A DNA stretch of 64,000 nucleotides from Neodothiora populina (lineage: Eukaryota). The DNA is taken from positions 1,302,001 to 1,366,000 of the forward strand of contig NW_027191417.1 of assembly GCF_041146345.1 (NCBI RefSeq), read 5' to 3'. The number at the start of each line of letters is the position of its first letter. Within the stretch, counting starts at the first letter, position 1. Of the stretch, positions 11,693-24,928 are shown piece by piece. The position numbers and the translations under genes are program-made. Under the pieces are notes generated by a model that was not told where the DNA came from, did not search any database, and saw only the letters and a program-made list of their open reading frames with translations.

Positions 11693-12522
11693 CTTTGGAA
11701 CAGGATGGTCTCCGATCAGAGCACAGCGTAGGGCATCTGTATGGACGGCACCCATGATGCATGGCTCGAGGTTATTCCGCACCAAAATGGAGGGCGCTCA
11801 GGGTTGTGCGACGAATTGTGGAGGCAAGTCCGGTTCAAGATTGCATGAGCGAACTGGTGCTGCCATGCCGTTGTGCGATTGGACGCAGCGTTATAGCCAT
11901 GGGCTCATCTACCAACAAGCCCCACCAAAGTCATGCAGCAGGTCGAAGTGCAAGCGACCGCTCTGACTATTTGCGGACTTTCGTAGCCGATAGATATGAC
12001 TCTCTCCGATTCGGCAAGAAGATACTCCCTTACCACGATCGTGGGAGTCTGTCTTTGGTGCATGAGGGGTAGGCAGTCTCTCATCGCCAAGGTTCGGCAG
12101 GAGATGTGCCGTAGAGGCGGTCGTCGCGAAAAAGCTTTATGAAGTTCTACAAGCAATGGTCGGGTTTGGCTTGCTGATTCACATTGCTTCGCTCTACTGA
12201 TAGCTACCTCAACATAACCTACTAATCAACATTGAACAGATCTGGAGGTCAAGGTGAGATATGGACCAGCATGACCACGACAGGTACGTACTCTCTTAAG
12301 CGACGAAGCGTCGATAAACAGGATCTGCACTAGAGCCCAAAGCCGTGATGCCAAGATTTCGTCGGACTCAGCCATCACGTGATACAGTATACCGCATCCG
12401 CCCGTGCACAGACTTGGCGCACATCTTCAAATTCGAACGCTGGAATTTACAGAGATCTTTCTTTTGTTCAGCTGCGACTCCAGACAATCGACCGCCGACT
12501 TTCATTCGTCAAGTCAATCAAA

Positions 12523-13672
12523 ATGGTAAGCTACAAATGACTCTCGAAAGAGCATTGAATGCGTGCGCTCGCAGCGCAGCATGTCCAGATGAAAATCTGC
12601 ACGTGTCTGTCGCAGCAGCAGACTTTTAGTCGTACCTCTTCGCGAGGATGGGCAATGATCAATGGCTTGGGTTTTTGTATCTGCAGTAGAAATACTCAGT
12701 GCGACCCTCTAGAGACAAAACAATCAAGCATGAGCATTTGCTGATTGGTTTTCTCAATGATAGCCTCCAAAGTCAGGAAAGAAGGCCGCGGCCGCCCCCT
12801 TCCCCCAGGGCAAGGCTGGCAACTCGAAGAAGGCCCCTAAGGTATGTTGCTGATTTCCCCTTCCTTTCCTTTGCATACCCACGACGATTCTGACATGGAT
12901 CAGAACCCTCTCATCGAGAAGCGTTCCCGCAACTTCGGTATCGGCCAGGACATCCAGCCCAAGCGCAACCTCTCGCGCATGGTGCGATGGCCCGAGTATG
13001 TCCGCCTCCAGCGCCAGCGCAAGATCTTGAACATGCGCCTCAAGGTCCCCCCAGCGATCGCCCAGTTCCAGCAGGTTCTTGACCGCAACACTGCTGCCCA
13101 GGCTTTCAAGCTCCTCAACAAGTACCGCCCTGAGACCAAGGCCGACAAGAAGGAGCGTCTCACCAAGGAGGCCACCGCCATCAAGGAGGGCAAGAAGAAG
13201 GAGGATGTCTCCTCCAAGCCCTACACCGTCAAGTACGGTCTTAACCACGTTGTCGGCCTCATTGAGAACAAGAAGGCTTCTCTCGTCCTCATCCCCAACG
13301 ATGTCGACCCCATCGAGCTCGTCATCTTCCTTCCCGCTCTCTGCCGTAAGATGGGTGTCCCTTACGCCATTGTGAAGGGCAAGGCGAGACTCGGCACGGT
13401 CGTCCACAAGAAGGTATGTTTCCAAAGTCGAAGCCTTTTCCAGGAGCTGTGAAACTAACTTCCAATCCCAGACCGCCGCCGTCCTCGCCATCACCGAGGT
13501 CCGCTCCGAGGACAGCTCCGAGCTCTCCAAGCTCGTCTCCGCCGTCAAGGAGGGATACCTCGAGAAGACCGAGGAGTCCAAGCGTCACTGGGGTGGTGGT
13601 ATCATGGGTGCCAAGGCCAACGCTCGCCAGGAGAAGAAGAGAAAGGCTCTCGAGTCTGCCATCAAGATCTAA
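12523..13672 (+). CDS. RPL8: 60S ribosomal protein eL8 (L8/L7a); 4 exons (12523-12525, 12764-12841, 12904-13413, 13472-13672)
   Basis: [20 protein letters not shown]...[38 protein letters not shown]...[32 protein letters not shown]; strong C-ending codon bias; canonical introns. Confidence 0.96.
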
Positions 13673-14167
13673 GCGTTTTGATTGACAGGTTGGTTGAGAC
13701 TTTCTGGCGTTATCTGCAAAGGGGCAGCGGAAAAAGCTTTTCGTATTGGCAAATGGCATTTTCCAGCCTTCAGATTTAAGGCTACTTATGATGATTCACA
13801 ATGATACCCGACTTTGATATTTCAGTCCTGGGTTGCCGTTATCGATCATGCATGTGCTCTTGGATACTGTGTTCCGCCTTGTGACAGTGATCGTTGCTCT
13901 CCAAAAATATGCTTGGTGTAATGCTATTATCTTTCTAATCATCTATGGATATCGTGATTGCATGGGTCTCGTGCCGGGTTCCTGCTCTAGATTCGCTGGT
14001 GTTTTGGTCTTGCCATCAATGCCACGGTTCCGTTGGAGCTGTCGCGTAGTGTTTTCTGATGCTAGGTCTATACACCTTACGAGCGAGCATGATGTAACGG
14101 CGACATGAGCGCAAGCTGCACTCGTCGGAAGATTTGTCATCGTTGAAGTCATGGGCATTCCATGTCT

Positions 14168-14979
14168 TCAAGTCTTTTGAGCCGTCTCGAACCATTTCTT
14201 GACAGCATTTGCCCCATCGTGGGCTGATCGGAATACTAGATTATGTTAATCAACTCCCTCGGTCTCAGTGATCCCAAACCTCAACTTACATTGCCTTTCG
14301 TTCTCTTCTAGCCCTTTTGTAAATTCTGCGCCCTCACCTAGCACACTCCGGGGATTGTGTGCCTGATCTGCTATTTCGGCAGCACGCTGCTTGAATGTCT
14401 TTGCAATCGTCAGTGAGAGGCAATAGTGCATACATATGAGGAAAACAAAGCATACATCGGTCAGGATATCCACCATATCCTCTTCCTCGAACAGCTCAAG
14501 CATGCGCGCGCCCACATTGTAGAAATGCGGCGCTTGTGCTCTGAGGTCGACTGTCTTTGGATCTGCTTTGAGCGCATTCATGACACGGTGTGATAGCGCA
14601 GCGGGGAGATCCAATGTTGCCAACGACGAAGAACCTCCAGGATTACTGCGGTTCATCAGTCCACGGTGGGGTCGTAAAGGTGCATCATTCGTCTATGGAT
14701 GTGCCTACCTGACAGCAAGCATCTCGCCTAACCACAGTGGTAGGTCCACTTTGGTGCCTTGTTTCATCTGTGACGGGGTCAGGAGTCGTTCACAGTCCTA
14801 TACGCTGGGCATACTGACATCCTCGCCTGCATTGCCCTGGAGATAGCCCAATCCTGGGACAGTCAGCTCGAATGTGCAAGGTACTTTCTGCGCATTCGGT
14901 CAGCAAAGCTCCATCGAGAACCATGTTCTGAACATACTTGGGCATCAGTCAAGATGGCATCAATATTGTAGTAGGCCAT
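14168..14979 (-). CDS. PSF3: GINS complex subunit Psf3; 6 exons (introns 14937-14888, 14818-14768, 14708-14646, 14455-14399, 14289-14236)
   Basis: MAYYNIDAILTDAQ|KVPCTFELTVPGLGYL...KVDLPLWLGEML...RVMNALKADPKTVDLRAQAPHFY...TFKQRAAEIADQAHN...LEENERQLFRSAHD; all introns GT-AG. Confidence 0.92.
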
Positions 14980-15297
14980 GAAAGAGGCAATTAGCAAGGT
15001 CAGATGACCCGAGTAACAGGAATAGGACTCCCGAGGCAATGGCGATGAGTTGTTTCGGAAGCCTTGGAGGCGAGCAGCCGAGATTTGGTAAGGTTCCTGC
15101 GCCTTCCCTCTAGGACTTGCGTACACCTGTGACAGCCTAGAAAGGACATACGATATATCTTGCACCTGCTTCTTGTCGCTTGCTTCTAGCCTATAATTTG
15201 GCGTTCCTTCTGGATTATCACGACTGCTTTCCGCAACTGACGAGTATATTCATATAGATCTTGGAGTCTTTAGATAAAAGTGATACTCGACAAGGCG

Positions 15298-15431
15298 ACG
15301 CGACGGAAACGCGTCCAAGCCTATTTCTGGCTATCAATCTATCAACTTCATCTCGGCCTGGGGTAATACACTCGCACTTGCACTGGACTCGTAGCAAACT
15401 GGAGCTTTGACACTCGAATCTTAGCGCGAAA
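15298..15431. promoter_or_regulatory. MCB/SCB-like G1/S elements upstream of PSF3 (ACGCGA 15298-15303, ACGCGT 15309-15314, CGCGAAA 15425-15431)
   Basis: Three CGCG-core motifs clustered 320-450 bp upstream of a DNA replication gene, consistent with MBF-type control of replication genes in ascomycetes. Function inferred. Confidence 0.5.
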
Positions 15432-15840
15432 GCGACATCATCATCATCCAGCAAGCAGCCATCGAATAAGCAACATAGCGTTGATTAGAAACCATTGCAT
15501 ACACCCCACAGTGTCATTCTCCTACAACAATATACGCATAAAACACACCGTAAAACATTCACTTTTTGATCTCGCCGAAGTGTTTGTGAGACTTCAGCGC
15601 CCAGCCGCTGTTCACCAGAGGGACGGGACGAACTAAAGCTGGTGCTACATCAGCTACAGAGTGTGTCGTGTGAGTGTTTAATTCGCCCCCCCATCCCCCT
15701 ACCTTGCATACAGAACGAACTACTGCATAGCGTACCGGACCGTTCCTGACCACGGCTACAGACGAAAAGTGCTTCACGATTTGTTCTGCGTTGGTCATCA
15801 ATGAGTGCTTGTCGTGACTTCACTCCAAACATTGCCCATC

Positions 15841-18800
15841 ATGGTTTCGAATCATGAGCAACAGCACTCACAGGGGCATGGGCTCGGGGTCAGATCAAAT
15901 GGTCTACTTGCCGGTGACCAGGTGGCGACTCCGAGCGGCAGCGAGAGTATCATGAGCGATGCCAGCGACGAACAGACATCACCACTCGGGCGTCTGAGAC
16001 CGCGCGTCTTTCCATACACCAAATACCTGCCGTATGAGACCGAGTCTCGCGCGCAAAGAGAACAGGATGTGGACGAGATGATCAAACACCTATACATAGC
16101 TGTGGCAGGAGGCGACTTTGTTCCTGGAGCGGTGCACTGGACGAGGGAGATCCGTGGCTGGATGTCGTTGAAGTTCGACCTAACCAAGCAACAAAGGACT
16201 GCTCTGGTCAAATTATACTACGAACTCGCTCTTGCCCCAGGGCTCGAATATGCTGTTGCAGAGCGGTTTGCCAGTATGTTTATGGTTTTGACTAAACGCA
16301 AGCATTACCTACGCCCGGGCAAAGACCTCACTCTGGACTGGAGACCACTTTACAAGGAGATCAAGGTCTTTGTGCTTCCCAGCGAGTTCGCCACTCAGAA
16401 CACCTTCTCCAGCAAGCGTAACATCCGCACTCTTACCAAAATATGTACATTTGCCCAGATATTCTTCGACCCCAAAGAAATACCTCTAATGCTGGAGGAG
16501 TATCTCCCATTCTTCAGCATGTCTTTCCCGGAGCATGCTTTCGTGGTTTTGGCTCTGCTCAACCTCACATTGCCCACCACCGCCCCACCTCCAGATGTGA
16601 AGGAGATACAACCCCAGGCATACCTGCCTACTTTGTTCCATCTGTGGTCGATAGTGGGTCGCTCAATGCTCGTGGATCAGCGCTTCATCGACCTCTTCTC
16701 ACGCCTCGCTCGCGACTGCCTCGTTGCTGAGCATATTCCCTTCACCGAAAGTGGCATCTTCACCCCCGAGCAATCGTCCCTGATATTCACGTCGATCCTG
16801 AGGTTGCTCGAGATCCCCGTCGGACAGTCCTCTTCACCGTACAGTGTCCATGTCGACGCGAACGCTGGACTATCTGTGTTGCTCGAGCGCGATCAACGCA
16901 AGCACCCCACCGCACATAGTATTGCCAGATGGATCGTCATGTCACTGTCCCCGGCGTGTATTGAGGCCAAAGAGAAGTCCGTTCTTCACCACCTCGAAGG
17001 TCTCATCCAGGGCATAGAGACATTCTTCCATCCCTCCAATTCGGGCGCATGGACCAAGTCACTGTCGCAGCTTGTTTACTACCTCGCAGATTTCTTTGTC
17101 ATGCGCTGGAACAGGGAAGCGAGTGGAGAGTACGAGGTGCCGGAAGATCGAAGACTCAATGAAGCTGTGAGGCGGCGATTTGTCTTGTGTTTACGTGAAG
17201 TTGTTTTCATGGGCATATATGCCAAGAGCGGTACAGCCGTCAACTACTCCCTTTCTACCCTGCAGAGCCTTGCGTACCTCGAACCAAATCTGATCCTCCC
17301 CGGCGCATTGCAACGCATCTATCCGGCAATGCAAGGATTAGTAGAAGTCCACAGGACAATCTCATCTATCAGAGCACTGCAGATGCTATCCAAGATCATG
17401 GCACGCACCAAGGGCTACAGGTGTCACCTCACTACCTTGCTTGGCTTGTCCCTGCCCGGTATTGATGCCAATGATCTGGACAAGACTATGAACTCCCTCG
17501 CATTCATTCAGTCCGTTTGTTACAACATCCCCTTACACGATCTCACAAAAACAAAATCGGCGCAGACCGATGGTGACATGGATGTCGATGGCGAGGAAGC
17601 CGCAGTCCTTGCTGGCGGGACGGCTGTAGCAGTGGAATGGGTAACACAACAGGTGGAACGATTCGAAAGCGAAGGAGCTCTTATCAGCGTCGACTACGAG
17701 GCCGAACTCACAGATGCAGAAGAAGAGATGATTCTCCGCTCGTCTACAGCCGGATTCGCCGAATTCCTGATTTCTTTCCTGGGCCGCGTCTTTACCTTAC
17801 TACAAAACCTACCGGATGCCTCTCGTGTCAAGAGTGGATCTCCCGAGGAAAATGTGGTTAACACCCTGCCAGCAGCATTCTCGCCACTGCTCGCTGCCTT
17901 ATCACCCGAGCTTTATGACATTGCTCTGCAACAAGTGGCCAAGTTCATAACGAATCATGTGGTGCATCAGGCTCGAGACGCGATGGCATTTATCTGTAAT
18001 GCACTGGTCAAAGTGTCGCCGAAGAAGGCTTTGGCAAGGCTACTACCAGATCTGCTATCCAGCATTCGTACCGAGATTGATGAGAACGGTGCTGGGTCTA
18101 GCCGCACATCAGGCTCCGAAATTCTCCCAAGAGATCGCGCTCTTGTGTGGAACATCAGCTTGCTGAGCATGTGCGTGGTACATGTCGGGTCCGATGTGTT
18201 AGATTTCCAGGGAGAGCTTCTTGGCATCGCTGGGTACATGCAGGACAAGTGCAAGGGTATTCCGCTCGTACATGTCTCAAACTTTGTGCATCATCTGCTG
18301 CTAAATCTCACAGTGACGTATACTACTGACTTGTCATTATATGAGAAGAGTGACCTCGAACGAGGTTTGGCCCCAAAGGACTGGGGTAAGATCGTCGACC
18401 CCAAGTCTCTGAACATTGAATGGCATGTTCCGAATGCAGCTGAGATCAATTTTGCTGTCAAAATCTTCGAGTCCCAAGGTGGTCGCTCTATCGAAGCACT
18501 CAAGGCGTTGACGGGCGACGATTCACCAGTCAAGCGAGATGGCACAGGAAAGGAGTGGTCTGATGAAGTCTCGCGCAATCTAGTGCTGTTGCGACTCGTC
18601 ATATCCGGCGTCTCGTGCTTCTTCCGCTCAGACGACGAGACTGTCACGCCAACAACATTCCAAGACACGAGCATGAACGGCCACGTGCAAAAGCCTGAAG
18701 CACAAGAAAGCTCTGACGACTTGGCTGAGCCAGATGATGACAAGATCAGAAAGACATTCCACTATCCTACTGGATACCCACTGGATTCGAATAGCTCCCA

Positions 18801-21800
18801 ATACGAAGCTGTTCACTCCTTGAGGCGCCAGGCAGGTGAAGCTCTGCACCGTGTTCACGAGTTCTTGGTGCGCAATCAAGAAGACGACGTCCTTTCCTTC
18901 AACGCTCTATATATGGCATATCGTTCGTGGTTCATCGACATAGGAATCGAACGATCTGCCCACGTGCTCGATAGATTGACGCGCCTATTGGCTGCAGATA
19001 TCCACCCCTTTAAGTTTAGTGGAACTCGAAAAGTTTACCCCCGTCCTTTGCTTGTCAAGCGAGCAAATGTCTATCACTTCCAGCGACTACGCTACAACGA
19101 ATCCCCTCGAGCCGCGTCCGATCTGGACAAGACTTTACTACTAGATCTAGCACAATCTAGTGTGTCTGTTTACACAGATATCCGACGTACAGCTCAAACC
19201 GCCGCCGAGGCCGCCGTCAAGTGCATTATCGGATCGAAGCCGCTGGTCATACCTTCGCTTCTGGATGCGCTAGAGAGTGCAGTAGAGGCGGGTGATTTCT
19301 CGCGCATCAAAGGCGCCGTCTTTTCGTTGCTCTTTGGCAGTCTCGCAAAGCCGATTGGACGAAACTGGAGATTCACACCAAGATTGATCAGGCTTTTCAT
19401 CAGAGTGTCAGAAGCAGACAAGCCAAGTATACAGAAGCTAATTGGAAACGCTAGCTTCCAGGTTTCTGATATGTGCAAAGCATTGGATCGCATGGTCGTC
19501 TTGGATGAACAAATAGTCGACAATATCTGGCCCGCCGAGCATAAGCAGGCAGGGAGTAATACACCTACCATCGCTTCTTCCATCGAAGATGCCAAGGCTA
19601 TGTTGCCTCCCAAGCAGGAGCGCATCAAGAGGCGTAGAGCCGTGATCGAGAGAAGGAAAGCAGAATTAGCTGGAGAACTCGTAACGATGATCAAAGACTC
19701 GCATTGGAAGAAAGCCAGTCGAATCGCTCTCCTCGTTGTCAGCCTAGACTATCGGTACGAGACCATCGCATCAGATGGCATGTTAGGTCTCATCGTCAAC
19801 GGTGCAATCGACCCGCATCCTTCACTCCGACAGCTGTACTTCAATTCCCTTCTGGCCATCTTCAACCTTATCCAGACAAGGGCCTTGACGGGACACAAAT
19901 ACGAAAACTATCTGATGGACAGGCAGTTCCCCTCTGATCGCTTGACTGTGCCTACCGGAAAGGATGATCCTAGCTGGACTTCGCGACATCTCGAATCTTT
20001 CGCGAAGCCTCAGGCAGACTACTATGTCGATAATGACTTTCCTGGATGGCTTGTGTGGAATGACACTATGAAGGTTTACAAGACACATATGGGCGAACTC
20101 AGCTATGACGACGTGGAGAAGAATATGCGCACAAAGATCGGGAAAGTGCTTGATCGTCGCTGGTTCTCGACGCTTTTCTCATACTTCAAGCAAGAGCCCA
20201 AAGATACCCATTGGGATAGGTTCAGGATGACAAATGCCATGACAATTGCGTTTGCTTTTGACCTTGTATTTGATGGGCTCACTCCAACGACGTTTGAAGA
20301 CATCCAGGACCTCACCAAGGCAACCTTTGGTGATGGTAGTGACAGGCATCAGCATCGCGCCACGGCAGAGATCCTCGGAGCCTTGATGACGACTGCGGAA
20401 GACTTCCGGCCTTCCATCAGAGAGCAAGTGTGGGAGTTTGCCTTTCCCATTGTGCGCCGCATCTTCCAAGAAGGTCTCACACCAGAGAATCTGTCCTACT
20501 GGTCTGCTTTCCTGAATCTGGTCATCAGTGGCAAAGATCCACGAAGGACGTGGCCACTCATCGACTGGCTGGCTGGCTTCAGGCTCGACATGGAAACAAA
20601 TGCAGCTTTCAAGGAGAGTTCAAGAATCCAATTACTCAATAGCGTGATTAACAATCAGGGTTGGCATTTCCAGATGGAGAAGCCAATTGTTGAGGACTTC
20701 CTGAAACACATTGATCATCCTTACAAGGGTGTGCGAGAGCAGATGGGATTAACGCTGGCAACCATCTTCAGGACAAGATATCATGAGTCCTATAAGGACA
20801 CCAGAACGCTACTCGATGCGCAGAAGCAGGCTTCCTCCATCGGCACGAAACCTTATCAGCCTACTCCGGAGTTCACAGACATGATCACAGACGTCTTCGA
20901 GCGCCTTGAAAAGTGGCGTATTGAGCGCCCCGCTGGCATCCAAACACCAACTTCTTACACCCAGGCCAGCAAGACTGTGTTGCTCTGGTTAGAAACTGCA
21001 CTGAACAGCTTCGAGTGTACCTCACTCGTCAGCTTTTTCCCTGATGTTTTCATGAAACAGCTTCTTCACATGATGGACATCAAGGAGGACCCGGAGCTCC
21101 AGGCACTGGCGTATCTTGTCTTCCGTCATCTGCCAAACATCCCCCATCGATCTGAGGAGGACAAGGCTTTCATCGAGAGCCTCATTCACATTGGCAAGAC
21201 CAGTACGTCATGGCATCAGCGTCTACGAGTCTTGATTAATATCCAGGTGATCTTTTTCCGCCACATCTTCCTCATGAAGCAGCACCAGGCCCAAGAACTC
21301 CTTGATTGTGTTACTGGAATGTTGCACGATGTCCAGATAGAGGTGCGTGCAGGTGCAGCGCAAACCATCTCGGGCATGATCAGATGCTCCCCGACAGCGT
21401 TCCGGGAGCGTACTGTCTCGGCACTTATTAAGCACTTCACCAAGCTGCTGGTGGACAATCCTTTACCCAAGCGCAACAGACTTGCCGGACCTCCTGGCAC
21501 TTCCACACCCGAGCAGAACAAGGTCGCTTTGAACCGACACGCTGCTGCTCTGGGCCTGGGAGCGCTTGTGCAAGCCTTTCCGTACGCAAGTCCCCCACCA
21601 GGCTGGCTTCCAGAGGTGCTTGCTACGCTGGCCATGAAGGCGGCAAACGACCCGGGTATGGTTGGCAAGAGTGTCAAGGCCATCCTCAGCGAATTCAAGA
21701 AGACCAGGCAGGATACCTGGCATGTCGATGTGAAGGTATATAAAGTATAATCATGAGACGAAGCAAAACACAACTAACACAAAATCACAGGCTTTCAGTC

Positions 21801-21853
21801 CCGAACAACTGGAGGATCTCGAGGGCGTGCTTTGGAAGAGTTATTTTGCTTAG
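15841..21853 (+). CDS. BLM10: Proteasome activator Blm10/PA200 (PSME4); 2 exons (15841-21735, 21791-21853)
   Basis: About 1985-aa helical-repeat protein with TFFHPSNSGAW, PGIDANDLDKT and EFKKTRQDTWH; the spliced last exon gives AFSPEQLEDLEGVLWKSYFA*, the C-terminal aromatic-aromatic-Ala proteasome-docking tail. Confidence 0.95.
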
Positions 21854-23069
21854 TGCAATGAAATTTCAAATACTTGGCCTGGTTCGGCATGGCGAGGATG
21901 GACGGAATACTACACCCATAGTCGCAGACGTTTTGTTGCTGCTCAAGTGCGCAAGTCGCTTCGGATTTCTTGTATCACCACCGCTACAACTTGGGATAGA
22001 AAAGCAATCGCTCGAAATGCATGTCTTCCCCAACTCGCAACACCGGCGGTCGCTCTGTTGTCGCCATTGCCCGGAAGATATGTAGAACAGTGATAAAGTA
22101 GCAGAAGCTCTCTGCGGCGCAACGAGCAAATATTAGAGAGAACAAGACAAAAATATATACAAGTCACAGCGCGACTACACCGAGATTGACAGGCGGTCTA
22201 AGTGTATTGACCGGTTGGTTGCCTTAGGTACTCAAAAGGTGTGGCCACCTGGTGGAGTACAAGTACCTGAGGTACACACTTACCTACCTTACCATACCGC
22301 AATTCAAGAAGATGCAAAAGTAATGGTAAGAAGCCAACATGACGTATCGTGTTGTGTACCTAAGATGCCCGCCTTAAGGTACCTCAGCTCTGGCCAGCCA
22401 CGCTAAGCCCTGCCTCAGATGTGTCGCTCTACAACCTAAAGATCCCTAGTAATAGAATGACCTCGACCATGGCGCAATCGCCGTCGACTATCTAAGGTCT
22501 TGTCTTAGTTATATCTCGGCAATCAGGTATATATTCATTTAACATGCCAGAGAAAAGTCACTTCCCCAGACCAGGATGAGCGACGAAGTGACCGCTAGTG
22601 GTAAATTAATGGCGAGCAGGACGGTGATTTGCCCGATTGTCTCGAATCAACAAAGGGTCCGTGTTGCTTTGCCAACTTTGTTTGATGACTTTGGGCGAAC
22701 GGCTCGATAAATAATAATAGTCATCATCTTCAAGGCATGTGCGGAGATAGGAACAATCATCAGGGTTGATCCTCTTCTCTATACCTTACTCTGACATTAG
22801 CTGTTCTGTCGCCAGCCTCTCGCAGCCCGATCTCTTTTCCCATGGCCGCCCAACTGCAACAGCAGTAGCCACACCTTGATCCATCCTTGACCTCGGGTGT
22901 ATTTTTATTGTTTCTTCTATCCACTCTGGTCCTCTGCTTTCTGTATTCTCTTACTCTTCCTCGTATTGCTGTTGGGTCAACCGCGGTTGTTGATCTCCTG
23001 CTGACTCGTCAAACTTCCTTTGTTTTCTTTACTATCCACAGCGCTTGCGCGTCCGGCGCAGAAGCAGTC

Positions 23070-24029
23070 ATGGAGGCGCTACTTTCACTCGCGTTTGACA
23101 ACCTCTCGTCCAAGGATGGTCTCAAGATCCGCAAAGGCATCCGTCAGATCGAGGGACTCTTGGCACAAATATGTCTTCCGAATCCGGCGCCCAGAGCGAA
23201 GGAGAAGAGACGACCTTCCACTCAAGTGTTGAGCGATAGCACGGTGCCTATGAGTCTGCAGCAGGTCGCAGAGGATCCCGCGTTCAGAGAATTCTTTAGA
23301 TTGCAGGAAAGCTTCGAGTGGAATGGTATTGCTGCTCTTCGGCTATAGCCTCAATTGACGTTCATCCGCTTATCTGGACTCTTTAGTTTCATCGCAACTC
23401 ATCACATGTCTCGAGACACTACTAGGGATGCCGAATGGTAAGTGGCATGAAGCAAAGGACGTTCATAAGCATTACGATTGACTAATTATACTTGCGCAGG
23501 CACCCAATCCAACCAGCTTATTCTTTCCGCACTCGATCTTCTCCAAGGCATACTTCTTCTACATCCTCCTTCACGCGCGCTGTTCCGACGCGAGATATTC
23601 ATGATGCTTCTCCTTGACCTCCTTGACGCTACCAACCCTCCGGCTATACAAGCACAGACACTTCTGGTCCTCGTGACGGCACTCCTGGCAACGCCTGAAA
23701 GTACCCGCACTTTCGAACAGATGGACGGTTTACTCACCGTCGCAAGCCTGTTCAAGTCGAGAGGGACATCCAAGGAAGTCAAGATGAAAGTCGTCGAGTT
23801 CCTATATTTCTATCTGATGCCCGAAACGTCGTCAAATCCTGAAAGACCGGGACATCAGAGACGCCCGAGCAAGCATGTCCCAATAAAGGCCGGCCCGCCT
23901 GGTCAAGTGGACGTGCGCTCTATAAGAACGACAGAAGAGAAACAACAAATGCTCGGTCAATACCTGAGTAACGTTGCTGATCTGGTCGAAGATCTGAGGG
24001 AAAACACTCTTTTCGCCATTGCAGTCTGA
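23070..24029 (+). CDS. cdc14: Septation initiation network component of the S. pombe Cdc14 type (not the Cdc14 phosphatase); 3 exons (23070-23325, 23387-23437, 23500-24029)
   Basis: MEALLSLAFDNLSS...KIRKGIRQIEGLLAQICL; AFREFFRLQESFEWN; LQGILLLHPPSRALF; RTFEQMDGL; KVVEFLYFYLMPE. Confidence 0.85.
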
Positions 24030-24928
24030 ACTGTGGAAAATTGTTCTTTTGTGGATTCGGAGTTGGATTTGGGTTTGGCGTTTTGACATGGGCGCCTCCG
24101 GCATGGTTTCGAGAGGGCGACGTTAGGAATTTAACGGATCGAGCGCAGAACGAGAGATGTCGACGTACATGATCACGACTGTTTTCGGGTCTTGGGAGTA
24201 GATTAGGGTACAAGATGTTCACTTTGTTTGTTGACAGCAGGATACCCCATTATTTGAGCGGCGAGGCACTTTTGTGCTTTGTTCTTTCTCTTCATCATTT
24301 TCCTTCCACCTCTTTCTCTATCGTGAGATTCAGATTTCATACCTCTATCATCTACGCCCACGTACATGATTGCGACAGTCACATGTGGGCTCAAGCGAGT
24401 GTTACTCCTGTTGGCTTCGAGCAGCGACTCGCAGGGCCCGTGCTGTGCATGAGGTTTCTCCAAGCGCCCGGCCTCGAGCGAAGAGTAACTCCCATCATGT
24501 CGATGGGATGGCGAAATATAGCATCTAGGCGCTTTGCTGCGCTCATCTGCCTTGCATCGGTACAATGACGACAGTCGGGCGGTTGCGTACAATATTTCCT
24601 TCGCGCCTTAAGAGTAGGTCGATGTATACTCACATCAACTTCCTCCTTGGTTGTTTCATCTCTTCACTTCCTTCCCTATTGTCTGCTCTCTGTCAATACA
24701 TTTCCTTGCTCCTTTTTTTCTTACTTAATTCCTATTACCCTTCTACCGCTGGTCGGTTATTGTCTTATTGTTACAATTGACAGAGTATTACATTTTAATG
24801 CATTCAACACCGAGAACAGGCCGGTCCTCTTAATACGGTAGGATATATCATCTCACTCAGCATGTCTTGATGGTGTCTTATCCGGTCAAAGACATACATT
24901 TCCTGATGACCTTCCAGATTCACGCATC

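Noticed and set aside
15559..15801. 80-aa minus-strand ORF just upstream of BLM10
   Set aside because: It starts about 40 nt from the BLM10 ATG within its likely leader/promoter and has no recognisable motif.
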